Positions 12,280 through 26,266 of a DNA stretch of 64,000 bases are shown one piece after another. The translations under genes were made by a program, and so were the position numbers. Source of the stretch: Eledone cirrhosa (Eukaryota); assembly GCA_964016885.1 (NCBI GenBank), contig CAXHJY010000096.1, positions 1,054,001 through 1,118,000 of the forward strand. The letters are read 5' to 3'. The number at the start of each line of letters is the position of its first letter. The first letter of the stretch is position 1. Below the pieces are notes generated by a model. That model made no database searches and was not told the DNA's origin. It worked only from the letters and a program-made list of their open reading frames with translations.

Positions 12280-13945
12280 AAAAAAAATCAGGGGGAGATA
12301 ATTTGTAAAAAAAAATCAGGGGGAGATAATTTGTAAAAAAAATCAAGGGGAGATAATTTCCAGCCGTCCAAGGGGAGATAATTTTCAGCCGTCCAAGGGG
12401 AGATAATTTCCCGCCAGCCAAGGGAAGATAATATTCAAAAAAATCAGGCGGAGATAATTTGTAAAAAAAATCAGGGGGAGATAATTTGTAAAAAAATCAG
12501 GGGGAGATAATTTGTAAAAAAAAAAATCAGGGGGAGATAATTTGTAAAAAAAATCAGGGGGAGATAATTTGTAAAAAAAAATCAGGGGTAGATAATTTGT
12601 AAAAAAAAATCAGGGGGAGATAATTTGTAAAAAAAAATCAGGGGGAGATAATTTGTAAAAAAAATGAAAGGGGAGATAATATCCAGCCGTCCAAGGGGAG
12701 ATAATTTCCAGCCGTCCAAGGAGAGATAATTTCCAGCCGTCCAAGGGGAGATAATTTCCATCCTTCCAAGGGGATATAATTTCCAGCCGTCCAAGGGGAG
12801 ATAATTTCCATCCTTCCAAGGGGATATAATTTCCAGCCGTCCAAGGGGAGATAATTTTCAGCCGTCCAAGGAGAGGTAATTTCTAGCCGTCCAAGGAGAG
12901 ATAATTTCCAGCCGTCCAAGGGGAGATAATTTCCAGCCGTCCAAGGGGAGATAATTTCCAGCCGTCCAAGGAGACATATTTTCCAGCCGTCCAAGGAGAG
13001 GTAATTCCTAGCCGTCCAAGGGGAGATAAATTCCAGCCTCCAAGGGGAGATAATTTCCAGCCAGCCAAGGGGAGATAATTTGTAAAAAAAATCAGGGGGA
13101 GATAATTTGTAAAAAAAATCAGGGGGAGATAATTTGTAAAAAAAAATCAGGGGGAGATAATTTGTAAAAAAAATCAAGGGGAGATAATTTCCAGCCGTCC
13201 AAGGGGAGATAATTTTCAGCCGTCCAAGGGGAGATAATTTCCCGCCAGCCAAGGGAAGATAATATTCAAAAAAATCAGGCGGAGATAATTTGTAAAAAAA
13301 ATCAGGGGGAGATAATTTGTAAAAAAATCAGGGGGAGATAATTTGTAAAAAAAAAAATCAGGGGGAGATAATTTGTAAAAAAAATCAGGGGGAGATAATT
13401 TGTAAAAAAAAATCAGGGGTAGATAATTTGTAAAAAAAAATCAGGGGGAGATAATTTGTAAAAAAAAATCAGGGGGAGATAATTTGTAAAAAAAATGAAA
13501 GGGGAGATAATATCCAGCCGTCCAAGGGGAGATAATTTCCAGCCGTCCAAGGGGAGATAATTTCCAGCCGTCCAAGGGGAGATAATTTCCATCCTTCCAA
13601 GGGGATATAATTTCCAGCCGTCCAAGGGGAGATAATTTCCATCCTTCCAAGGGGATATAATTTCCAGCCGTCCAAGGGGAGATAATTTTCAGCCGTCCAA
13701 GGAGAGGTAATTTCTAGCCGTCCAAGGAGAGATAATTTCCAGCCGTCCAAGGGGAGATAATTTCCAGCCGTCCAAGGGGAGATAATTTCCAGCCGTCCAA
13801 GGAGACATATTTTCCAGCCGTCCAAGGAGAGGTAATTCCTAGCCGTCCAAGGGGAGATAAATTCCAGCCTCCAAGGGGAGATAATTTCCAGCCAGCCAAG
13901 GGGAGATAATTTGTAAAAAAAATCAGGGGGAGATAATTTGTAAAA
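12280..13945. repeat. 831-bp HOR, 2 tandem copies (duplicated again at about 50859-52524)
   Basis: ORF pairs 12582/13413 and 12883/13714 are offset by 831, as are 51161/51992. Confidence 0.92.
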
Positions 13946-16459
13946 AAATCAGGGGGAGATAATTTGTAAAAAAAATCAGGGGGAGATAATTTGTAAAAAA
14001 AATCAGGGGGAGATAATTTGTAAAAAAAAATCAGGGGTAGATAATTTGTAAAAAAAAATCAGGGGGAGATAATTTGTAAAAAAATCAAGGGGAGATAATT
14101 TCCAGCCGTCCAAGGGAAGATAATTTCCAGCCCTCCAAGGGGCTATAATTTCCAGCGTCCAAGGGGAGATAATTTCCAGCCAGCGAAGGGGAGATAATTT
14201 TTTTAAAAAAATCATTGGGAGATTTGTAAAAAAAATCAGGGGGAGATAATTTGTAAAAAAAATCAAGGGGAGATAATTTCCAGCCGTCCAAGGGGAGGTA
14301 ATATCTAGCCGTCCAAGGGTAGATAATTTCCAGCCGTCCAACGGGAGATAATTTCCAGCCGTCCAAGGGTAGATAATATCCAGCCGCCCAAGGACATATT
14401 TTCCAGCCGTCCAAGGAGAGGTAATTTCTAGCCGTCCAAGGGGAGATAATTTCCAGCCGTCCAAGGGTAGATAATATCCAGCCGTCCAAGGACATATTTT
14501 CCAGCCGTCCAAGGAGAGGTAATTTCTAGCCGTCCAAGGGGAGATAAATTCCAGCCTCCAAGGGGAGATAATTTCCAGCCAGCCAAGGGGAGATAATTTG
14601 TAAAAAAATCAGGGGGAGATAATTTGTAAAAAAAATCAGGGGGAGATAATTTGTAAAAAAAAATCAGGGGGAGATAATTTGTAAAAAAAAATCAGGGGGA
14701 GATAATTTGTTTAAAAAATCAAGGGGAGATAATTTGCAGCCGTCCAAGGGGAGATAATTTTCAGCCGTCCAAGGAGAGGTAATTTCTAGCCGTTCAAGGG
14801 GAGATAATTTCCAGCCGTCCAAGGGGAGATAATTTCCAGCCGTCCAAGGGGAGATAATTTTTTTTTAAAAATCAGGCGGAGATAATTTGTAAAAAAAAAT
14901 CAGGGGGAGATAATTCGTAAAAAAAAATCAGGGGGAGATAATTTGTAAAAAAAAATCAGGGGGAGATAATTTGTAAAAAAAATCAAGGGGAGATAATTTC
15001 CAGCCGTCCAAGGGGAGGTAATATCTAGCCGTCCAAGGGGAGATAATTTCCAGCCGTCCAAGGGGAGATAATTTCCAGCCGTCCAAGGGGAGATAATTTC
15101 CAGCCGTCCAAGGAGACATATTTTCCAGCCGTCCAAGGCGAGGTAATTTCTAGCCGTCCAAGGGGAGATAAATTCCAGCCTCCAAGGGGAGATAATTTCC
15201 AGCCAGCCAAGGGGAGATAATTTGTAAAAAAATCAGGGGGAGATAATTTGTAAAAAATATCAGGGAGATAATTTGTAAAAAAAAATCAGGGGGAGATAAT
15301 TTGTAAAAAAAATCAGGGGGAGATAATTTGTAAAAAAAAATCAGGGGGAGATAATTTGTAAAAAAAATCAAGGGGAGATAATTTCCAGCCGTCCAAGGGG
15401 AGATAATTTTCAGCCGTCCAAAGAGAGGTAATTTCTAACCGTCCGAGGAGAGATAATTTCCAGCCGTCCAAGGGGAGATAATTTCCAGCCGTCCAAGGGG
15501 AGATAATTTCCAGCCGTCCAAGGAGACATATTTTCCAGCCGTCCAAGGAGAGGTAATTTCTAGCCGTCCAAGGGGAGATAAATTCCAGCCTCCAAGGGGA
15601 GATAATTTCCAGCCAGCCAAATGGAGATAATTTGTAAAAAAATCAGGGGGAGATAATTTGCAAAAAAAATCAGGGGGAGATAATTTGTAAAAAATAATCA
15701 GGGGGAGATAATTTCCAGCCGTCCAAGGGGAGATAATTTTAAAAAAAATCAGGCGGAGATAATTTGTAAAAAAAAATCAGGGGGAGATAATTTGTAAAAA
15801 AAAATCAGGGGGAGATAATTTGTAAAAAAAATCAAGGGGAGATAATTTCCAGCCGTCCAAGGGAAGATAATTTCCAGCCCTCCAAGGGGCTATAATTTCC
15901 AGTGTCCAAGGGGAGATAATTTCCAGCCAGCGAAGGGGAGATAATTTTTTTTAAAAAATCATTGGGAGATTTGTAAAAAAAATCAGGGGGAGATAATTTG
16001 TAAAAAAAATCAAGGGGAGATAATTTCCAGCCGTCCAAGGGGAGGTAATATCTAGCCGTCCAAGGGGAGATAATTTCCAGCCGTCCAAGGGGAGATAATT
16101 TCCAGCCGTCCCAGGGTAGATAATATCCAGCCGCCCAAGGACATATTTTCCAGCCGTCCAAGGAGAGGTAATTTCTAGCCGTCCAAGGGGAGATAAATTC
16201 CAGCCTCCAAGGGGAGATAATTTCCAGCCAGCCAAGGGGAGATAATTTGTAAAAAAATCAGGGGGAGATAATTTGTAAAAAAAATCAGGGGAAGATAATT
16301 TGTAAAAAAAAATCAGGGGGAGATAATTTGTAAAAAAAAATCAGGGGGAGATAATTTGCAAAAAAAATCAGGGGGAGATAATTTGTAAAAAAAAATCAGG
16401 GGTAGATAATTTGTAAAAAAAAATCAGGGGGAGATAATTTGTAAAAAAAAAATCAGGGG

Positions 16460-19400
16460 GAGATAATTTGTAAAAAAAATCAAGGGGAGATAATTTCCAG
16501 CCGTCCAAGGAGAGATAATTTTAAAAAAAATCAGGCGGAGATAATTTGTAAAAAAAAATCAGGGGGAGATAATTTGTAAAAAAAATCAGGGGGAGATAAT
16601 TTGTAAAAAAAAATCAGGGGTAGATAATTTGTAAAAAAAAATCAGGGGGAGATAATTTGTAAAAAAAAATCAGGGGGAGATAATTTGTAAAAAAAATCAA
16701 GGGGAGATAATTTCCAGCCGTCCAAGGAGAGATAATTTTAAAAAAAATCAGGCGGAGATAATTTGTAAAAAAAAATTAGGGGGAGATAATTTGTAAAAAA
16801 AAATCAGGGGGAGATAATTTGTAAAAAAAATCAAGGGGAGATAATTTCCAGCCGTCCAAGGGGAGATAATTTTCAGCCGTCCAAGGGGAGATAATTTCCC
16901 GCCAGCCAAGGGAAGATAATATTCAAAAAAATCAGGCGGAGATAATTTGTAAAAAAAATCAGGGGGAGATAATTTGTAAAAAAATCAGGGGGAGATAATT
17001 TGTAAAAAAAAAAATCAGGGGGAGATAATTTGTAAAAAAAATCAGGGGGAGATAATTTGTAAAAAAAAATCAGGGGTAGATAATTTGTAAAAAAAAATCA
17101 GGGGGAGATAATTTGTAAAAAAAAATCAGGGGGAGATAATTTGTAAAAAAAATGAAAGGGGAGATAATATCCAGCCGTCCAAGGGGAGATAATTTCCAGC
17201 CGTCCAAGGGGAGATAATTTCCAGCCGTCCAAGGGGAGATAATTTCCATCCTTCCAAGGGGATATAATTTCCAGCCGTCCAAGGGGAGATAATTTCCATC
17301 CTTCCAAGGGGATATAATTTCCAGCCGTCCAAGGGGAGATAATTTTCAGCCGTCCAAGGATAGGTAATTTCTAGCCGTCCAAGGAGAGATAATTTCCAGC
17401 CGTCCAAGGGGAGATAATTTCCAGCCGTCCAAGGGGAGATAATTTCCAGCCGTCCAAGGAGACATATTTTCCAGCCGTCCAAGGAGAGGTAATTCCTAGC
17501 CGTCCAAGGGGAGATAAATTCCAGCCTCCAAGGGGAGATAATTTCCAGCCAGCCAAGGGGAGATAATTTGTAAAAAAAATCAGGGGGAGATAATTTGTAA
17601 AAAAAATCAGGGGGAGATAATTTGTAAAAAAAAATCAGGGGGAGATAATTTGTAAAAAATAATCAGGGGGAGATAATTTGTAAAAAAAATCAAGGGGAGA
17701 TAATTTCCAGCCGTCCAAGGGGAGATAATTTTCAGCCGTCCAAGGGGAGATAATTTCCCGCCAGCCAAGGGAAGATAATATTTAAAAAAATTAGGCGGAG
17801 ATAATTTGTAAAAAAAATCAGGGGGAGATAATTTGTAAAAAAATCAGGGGGAGATAATTTGTAAAAAAAATCAGGGGGAGATAATTTGTAAAAAAAATCA
17901 GGGGGAGATAATTTGTAAAAAAAAATCAGGGGGAGATAATTTGTAAAAAAAATCAAGGGGAGATAATTTCCAGCCGTCCAAGGGAAGATAATTTCCAGCC
18001 CTCCAAGGGGCTATAATTTCCAGCGTCCAAGGGGAGATAATTTCCAGCCAGCGAAGGGGAGATAATTTTTTTTAAAAAATCATTGGGAGATTTGTAAAAA
18101 AAATCAGGGGGAGATAATTTGTAAAAAAAATCAAGGGGAGATAATTTCCAGCCGTCCAAGGGGAGGTAATATCTAGCCGTCCAAGGGGAGATAATTTCCA
18201 GCCGTCCAAGGGGAGATAATTTCCAGCCGTCCAAGGGTAGATAATATCCAGCCGTCCAAGGACATATTTTCCAGCCGTCCAAGGAGAGGTAATTTCTAGC
18301 CGTCCAAGGGGAGATAAATTCCAGCCTCCAAGGTGAGATAATTTCCAGCCAGCCAAGGGGAGATAATTTGTAAAAAAATCAGGGGGAGATAATTTGTAAA
18401 AAAAATCAGGGGGAGATAATTTGTAAAAAAAAATCAGGGGGAGATAATTTGTAAAAAAAAATCAGGGGGAGATAATTTGTAAAAAAAAATCAGGGGGAGA
18501 TAATTTGTAAAAAAATCAAGGGGAGATAATTTCCAGCCGTCCAAGGGGAGATAATTTTCAGCCGTCCAAGGGGAGATAATTTCCCGCCAGCCAAGGGAAG
18601 ATAATATTTGAAAAAATCAGGCGGAGATAATTTGTAAAAAAAATCAGGGGGAGATAATTTGTAAAAAAATCAGGGGGAGATAATTTGTAAAAAAAAAATC
18701 AGGGCGAGATAATTTGTAAAAAGAATCAGGGGGAGATAATTTGTAAAAAAAAATCAGGGGTAGATAAATTGTAAAAAAAAATCAGGGGGAGATAATTTGT
18801 AAAAAAAATCAGGGGGAGATAATTTGTAAAAAAAATGAAAGGGGAGATAATATCCAGCCGTCCAAGGGGAGATAATTTCCAGCCGTCCAAGGGGAGATAA
18901 TTTCCAGCCGTCCAAGGGGAGATAATTTCCATCCTTCCAAGGGGATATAATTTCCAGCCGTCCAAGGGGAGATAATTTCCCGCCAGCCAAGGGAAGATAA
19001 TTTTTAAAAAAATCAGGCGGAGATTGTAAAAAAAATCAGGGGGGAGATAATTTGTAAAAAAATCAGGGGGAGATAATTTGTAAAAAAAAATCAGGGGGAG
19101 ATAATTTGTAAAAAATATTCAGGGGGAGATAATTTGTAAAAAAAATCAAGGGGAGATAATTTCCAGCCGTCCAAGGGGAGATAATTTCCCGCCAGCCAAG
19201 GGAAGATAATATTTAAAAAAATTAGGCGGAGATAATTTGTAAAAAAAATCAGGGGGAGATAATTTGTAAAAAAATCAGGGGGAGATAATTTGTAAAAAAA
19301 ATCAGGGGGAGATAATTTGTAAAAAAATTCATGGGGAGATAATTTGTAAAAAAAAATCAGGGGTAGATAATTTGTAAAAAAAAATCAGGGGGAGATAATT

Positions 19401-22400
19401 TGTAAAAAAAAATCAGGGGGAGATAATTTGTAAAAAAAATCAAGGGGAGATAATTTCCAGCCGTCCAAGGGGAGATAATTTTCAGCCGTCCAAGGAGAGG
19501 TAATTTCTAGCCGTCCAAGGGGAGATAATTTCCAGCCCTCCAAGGGGAGGTAATTTCCAGCCGTCCAAGGGGAGATAATTTTAAAAAAAAAATCAGTCGG
19601 AGATAATTTGTAAAAAAAATCAAGGGGAGATAATTTGCAGCCGTCCAAGGGGAGATAATTTTCAGTCGTCCAAGGAGAGGTAATTTCTAGCCGTCCAAGG
19701 GGAGATAATTGCCAGCCGTCCAAGGGGAGATAATTTCCAGCCGTCCAAGGGGAGATAATTTTTTTTAAAAAATCAGGCGGAGATAATTTGTAAAAAAAAT
19801 CAGGGGGAGATAATTTGTAAACAAAATCAGGGGGAGATAATTTGTAAAAAAAAATCAGGGGGAGATAATTTGTAAAAAAAATCATGGAGAGATAATTTCC
19901 AGCCGTCCAAGGTGAGATAATTTCCAGCCGTCCAAGGAGACATATTTTCCAGCCGTCCAAGGCGAGGTAATTTCTAGCCGTCCAAGGGGAGATAAATTCC
20001 AGCCTCCAAGGGGAGATAATTTCCAGCTAGCCAAGTGGAGATAATTTGTAAAAAAATCAGGGGGAGATAATTTGTAAAAAATATCAGGGAGATAATTTGT
20101 AAAAAAAAATCAGGGGGAGATAATTTGTAAAAAAAATCAGGGGGAGATAATTTGTAAAAAAAAATCAGGGGGAGATAATTTGTAAAAAAAATCAAGGGGA
20201 GATAATTTCCAGCCGTCCAAGGGGAGATAATTTTCAGCCGTCCAAGGGGAGATAATTTCCCGCCAGCCAAGGGAAGATAATATTTAAAAAAATCAGGCGG
20301 AGATAATTTGTAAAAAAAATCAGGGGGAGATAATTTGTAAAAAAATCAGGGGGAGATAATTTGTAAAAAAAAAATCAGGGGGAGATAATTTGTAAAAAAA
20401 ATCAGGGGGAGATAATTTGTAAAAAAAAATCAGGGATAGATAATTTGTAAACAAAAATCAGGGGGAGATAATTTGTAAAAAAAAATCAGGGGGAGATAAT
20501 TTGTAAAAAAAATGAAAGGGGAGATAATATCCAGCCGTCCAAGGGGAGATAATTTCCAGCCGTCCAAGGGGATATAATTTCCAGCCGTCCAAGGGGAGAT
20601 AATTTCCATCCTTCCAAGGGGATATAATTTCCAGCCGTCCAAGGGGAGATAATTTCCCGCCAGCCAAGGGAAGATAATTTTTAAAAAAATCAGGCGGAGA
20701 TTGTAAAAAAAATCAGGGGGGAGATAATTTGTAAAAAAATCAGGGGGAGATAATTTGTAAAAAATAATCAGCGGGAGATAATTTGTAAAAAAATTCAAGG
20801 GGAGATAATTTCCAGCCGTCCAAGGGGAGATAATTTCCCGCCAGCCAAGGGAAGATAATATTTAAAAAAATTAGGCGGAGATAATTTGTAAAAAAAATCA
20901 GGGGGAGATAATTTGTAAAAAAATCAGGGGGAGATAATTTGTAAAAAAAATCAGGGGGAGATAATTTGTAAAAAAAATCATGGGGAGATAATTTGTAAAA
21001 AAAAATCAGGGGTAGATAATTTGTAAAAAAAAATCAGGGGGAGATAATTTGTAAAAAAAAATCAGGGGGAGATAATTTGTAAAAAAAATCAAGGGGAGAT
21101 AATATCCAGCCGTCCAAGGAGAGATAATTTTTAAAAAAAATGAGGCGGGGATAATTTGTAAAAAAAAAATCAGGGGGAGTTAATTTGTAAAAAAAAATGA
21201 GGGGGAGATAATTTGTAAAAAAAATCAAGGGGAGATAATTTCCAGCCGTCCAAGGGGAGATAATTTTCAGCCGTCCAAGGAGAGGTAATTTCTAGCCGTC
21301 CAAGGGGAGATAATTTCCAGCCGTCCAAGGGGAGGTAATTTCCAGCCGTCCAAGGGGAGATAATTTTTTAAAAAAAATCAGGCGGAGATAATTTGTAAAA
21401 AAAATCAAGGGGAGATAATTTGCAGCCGTCCAAGGGGAGATAATTTTCAGTCGTCCAAGGAGAGGTAATTTCTAGCCGTCCAAGGGGAGATAATTTCCAG
21501 CCGTCCAAGGGGAGATAATTTCCAGCCGTCCAAGGGGAGATAATTTTTTTTAAAAAATCAGGCGGAGATAATTTGTAAAAAAAATCAGGGGGAGATAATT
21601 TGTAAACAAAATCAGGGGGAGATAATTTGTAAAAAAAAATCAGGGGGAGATAATTTGTAAAAAAAATTAGGCGTAGATAATTTGTAAAAAAAAATCAGGG
21701 GGAGATAATTTGTAAAATAAAATCAGGGGGAGATAATTTGTTTAAAAAATCAAGGGGAGATAATTTGCAGCCGTCCAAGGGGAGATAATTTTCAGCCGTC
21801 CAAGGAGAGGTAATTTCTAGCCGTTCAAGGGGAGATAATTTCCAGCCGTCCAAGGGGAGATAATTTCCAGCCGTCAAAGGGGAGATAATTTTTTTTAAAA
21901 AATCAGGCGGAGATAATTTGTAAAAAAAAATCAGGGGGAGATAATTCGTAAAAAAAAATCAGGGGGAGATAATTTGTAAAAAAAAATCAGGGGGAGATAA
22001 TTTGTAAAAAAAATCAAGGGGAGATAATTTCCAGCCGTCCAAGGGGAGGTAATATCTAGCCGTCCAAGGGGAGATAATTTCCAGCCGTCCAAGGGGAGAT
22101 AATTTCCAGCCGTCCAAGGGGAGATAATTTCCAGCCGTCCAAGGAGACATATTTTCCAGCCGTCCAAGGCGAGGTAATTTCTAGCCGTCCAAGGGGAGAT
22201 TAATTCCAGCCTCCAAGGGGAGATAATTTCCAGCCAGCCAAGGGGAGATAATTTGTAAAAAAATCAGGGGGAGATAATTTGTAAAAAATATCAGGGAGAT
22301 AATTTGTAAAAAAAAATCAGGGGGAGATAATTTGTAAAAAAAATCAGGGGGAGATAATTTGTAAAAAAAAATCAGGGGGAGATAATTTGTAAAAAAAATC

Positions 22401-22924
22401 AAGGGGAGATAATTTCCAGCCGTCCAAGGGGAGATAATTTTCAGCCGTCCAAGGAGAGGTAATTTCTAACCGTCCGAGGAGAGATAATTTCCAGCCGTCC
22501 AAGGGGAGATAATTTCCAGCCGTCCAAGGGGAGATAATTTCCAGCCGTCCAAGGAGACATATTTTCCAGCCGTCCAAGGAGAGGTAATTTCTAGCCGTCC
22601 AAGGGGAGATAAATTCCAGCCTCCAAGGGGAGATAATTTCCAGCCAGCCAAGGGGAGATAATTTGTAAAAAAATCAGGGGGAGATAATTTGCAAAAAAAA
22701 TCAGGGGGAGATAATTTGTAAAAAAAATCAGGGGGAGATAATTTGTAAAAAATAATCAGGGGGAGATAATTTCCAGCCGTCCAAGGGAAGATAATTTCCA
22801 GCCCTCCAAGGGGCTATAATTTCTAGTGTCCAAGGGGAGATAATTTCCAGCCAGCGAAGGGGAGATAATTTTTTTTAAAAAATCATTGGGAGATTTGTAA
22901 AAAAAATCAGGGGGAGATAATTTG
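16460..22924. repeat. About 6.4-kb block duplicating about 4120-10560 (offset 12339, then 12364 after one extra A monomer)
   Basis: ORF pairs 4731/17070, 5614/17953, 7635/19974, 8695/21034, 9592/21931 and 9842/22181 are all offset by 12339. Confidence 0.9.
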
Positions 22925-25900
22925 TAAAAAAAATCAAGGGGAGATAATTTCCAGCCGTCCAAGGGGAGGTAATATCTAGCCGTCCAAGGGTAGATAATTT
23001 CCAGCCGTCCAACGGGAGATAATTTCCAGCCGTCCAAGGGTAGATAATATCCAGCCGCCCAAGGACATATTTTCCAGCCGTCCAAGGAGAGGTAATTTCT
23101 AGCCGTCCAAGGGGAGATAATTTCCAGCCGTCCAAGGGTAGATAATATCCAGCCGTCCAAGGACATATTTTCCAGCCGTCCAAGGAGAGGTAATTTCTAG
23201 CCGTCCAAGGGGAGATAAATTCCAGCCTCCAAGGGGAGATAATTTCCAGCCAGCCAAGGGGAGATAATTTGTAAAAAAATCAGGGGGAGATAATTTGTAA
23301 AAAAAATCAGGGGGAGATAATTTGTAAAAAAAAATCAGGGGGAGATAATTTGTAAAAAAAAATCAGGGTGAGATAATTTGCAAAAAAAATCAGGGGGAGA
23401 TAATTTGTAAAAGAAAATCAGGGGTAGATAATTTGTAAAAAAAAATCAGGGGGAGATAATTTGTAAAAAAAAATCAGGGGGAGATAATTTGTAAAAAAAA
23501 TCAAGGGGAGATAATTTCCAGCCGTCCAAGGAGAGATAATTTAAAAAAAAATCAGGCGGAGATAATTTGTAAAAAAAAATCAGGGGGAGATAATTTGTAA
23601 AAAAAATCAGGGGGAGATAATTTGTAAAAAAAAATCAGGGGTAGATAATTTGTAAAAAAAAATCAGGGGGAGATAATTTGTAAAAAAAAATCAGGAGGAG
23701 ATAATTTGTAAAAAAAATCAAGGGGAGATAATTTCCAGCCGTCCAAGGAGAGATAATTTAAAAAAAAATCAGGCGGAGATAATTTGTAAAAAAAAATCAG
23801 GGGGAGATAATTTGTAAAAAAAAATCAGGGGGAGATAATTTGTAAAAAAAATCAAGGGGAGATAATTTCCAGCCGTCCAAGGGGAGATAATTTTCAGCCG
23901 TCCAAGGGGAGATAATTTCCCGCCAGCCAAGGGAAGATAATATTCAAAAAAATCAGGCGGAGATAATTTGTAAAAAAAATCAGGGGGAGATAATTTGTAA
24001 AAAAATCAGGGGGAGATAATTTGTAAAAAAAAAAATCAGGGGGAGATAATTTGTAAAAAAAATCAGGGGGAGATAATTTGTAAAAAAAATCAGGGGTAGA
24101 TAATTTGTAAAAAAAAATCAGGGGGAGATAATTTGTAAAAAAAAATCAGGGGGAGATAATTTGTAAAAAAAATGAAAGGGGAGATAATATCCAGCCGTCC
24201 AAGGGGAGATAATTTCCAGCCGTCCAAGGGGAGATAATTTCCAGCCGTCCAAGGGGAGATAAATTCCATCCTTCCAAGGGGATATAATTTCCAGCCGTCC
24301 AAGGGGAGATAATTTCCATCCTTCCAAGGGGATATAATTTCCAGCCGTCCAAGGGGAGATAATTTTCAGCCGTCCAAGGAGAGGTAATTTCTAGCCGTCC
24401 AAGGAGAGATAATTTCCAGCCGTCCAAGGGGAGATAATTTCCAGCCGTCCAAGGGGAGATAATTTCCAGCCGTCCAAGGAGACATATTTTCCAGCCGTCC
24501 AAGGAGAGGTAATTCCTAGCCGTCCAAGGGGAGATAAATTCCAGCCTCCAAGGGGAGATAATTTCCAGCCAGCCAAGGGGAGATAATTTGTAAAAAAAAT
24601 CAGGGGGAGATAATTTGTAAAAAAAATCAGGGGGAGATAATTTGTAAAAAAAAATCAGGGGTAGATAATTTGTAAAAAATAATCAGGGGGAGATAATTTG
24701 TAAAAAAAATCAAGGGGAGATAATTTCCAGCCGTCCAAGGGGAGATAATTTTCAGCCGTCCAAGGGGAGATAATTTCCCGCCAGCCAAGGGAAGATAATA
24801 TTTAAAAAAATTAGGCGGAGATAATTTGTAAAAAAAATCAGGGGGAGATAATTTGTAAAAAAATCAGGGGGAGATAATTTGTAAAAAAAATCAGGGGGAG
24901 ATAATTTGTAAAAAAAATCAGGGGGAGATAATTTGTAAAAAAAAATCAGGGGGAGATAATTTGTAAAAAAAATCAAGGGGAGATAATTTCCAGCCGTCCA
25001 AGGGAAGATAATTTCCAGCCCTCCAAGGGGCTATAATTTCCAGCGTCCAAGGGGAGATAATTTCCAGCCAGCGAAGGGGAGATAATTTTTTTAAAAAAAT
25101 CATTGGGAGATTTGTAAAAAAAATCAGGGGGAGATAATTTGTAAAAAAAATCAAGGGGAGATAATTTCCAGCCGTCCAAGGGGAGGTAATATCTAGCCGT
25201 CCAAGGGGAGATAATTTCCAGCCGTCCAAGGGGAGATAATTTCCAGCCGTCCAAGGGTAGATAATATCCAGCCGTCCAAGGACATATTTTCCAGCCGTCC
25301 AAGGAGAGGTAATTTCTAGCCGTCCAAGGGGAGATAAATTCCAGCCTCCAAGGTGAGATAATTTCCAGCCAGCCAAGGGGAGATAATTTGTAAAAAAATC
25401 AGGGGGAGATAATTTGTAAAAAAAATCAGGGGGAGATAATTTGTAAAAAAAAATCAGGGGGAGATAATTTGTAAAAAAAAATCAGGGGGAGATAATTTGT
25501 AAAAAAAAATCAGGGGGAGATAATTTGTAAAAAAATCAAGGGGAGATAATTTGTAAAAAGAATCAGGGGGAGATAATTTGTAAAAAAAAATCAGGGGTAG
25601 ATAAATTGTAAAAAAAAATCAGGGGGAGATAATTTGTAAAAAAAATCAGGGGGAGATAATTTGTAAAAAAAATGAAAGGGGAGATAATATCCAGCCGTCC
25701 AAGGGGAGATAATTTCCAGCCGTCCAAGGGGAGATAATTTCCAGCCGTCCAAGGGGAGATAATTTCCATCCTTCCAAGGGGATATAATTTCCAGCCGTCC
25801 AAGGGGAGATAATTTCCCGCCAGCCAAGGGAAGATAATTTTTAAAAAAATCAGGCGGAGATTGTAAAAAAATCAGGGGGGAGATAATTTGTAAAAAAATC

Positions 25901-26266
25901 AGGGGAAGATAATTTGTAAAAAAAAATCAGGGGGAGATAATTTGTAAAAAATAATCAGGGGGAGATAATTTGTAAAAAAAAATCAAGGGGAGATAATTTC
26001 CAGCCGTCCAAGGGGAGATAATTTCCCGCCAGCCAAGGGAAGATAATATTTAAAAAAATTAGGCGGAGATAATTTGTAAAAAAAATCAGGGGGAGATAAT
26101 TTGTAAAAAAATCAGGGGGAGATAATTTGTAAAAAAAAATCAGGGGTAGATAATTTGTAAAAAAAAATCAGGGGGAGATAATTTGTAAAAAAAAATCAGG
26201 GGGAGATAATTTGTAAAAAAAATCAAGGGGAGATAATTTCCAGCCGTCCAAGGGGAGATAATTTTC

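Larger units (their letters stand above)
1..14709. repeat. Large near-identical block, copy 1 (copy 2 at 38580-53288). Left boundary lies outside the window.
   Basis: Base 1 AATGAAAGGGG matches 38580. ORF pairs 637/39216, 3187/41766, 7635/46214, 12638/51217 and 14003/52582 are all offset by 38579 (38578 over about 4.7-7.0 kb). The copies diverge at 14710 (T) versus 53289 (C). Confidence 0.95.
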
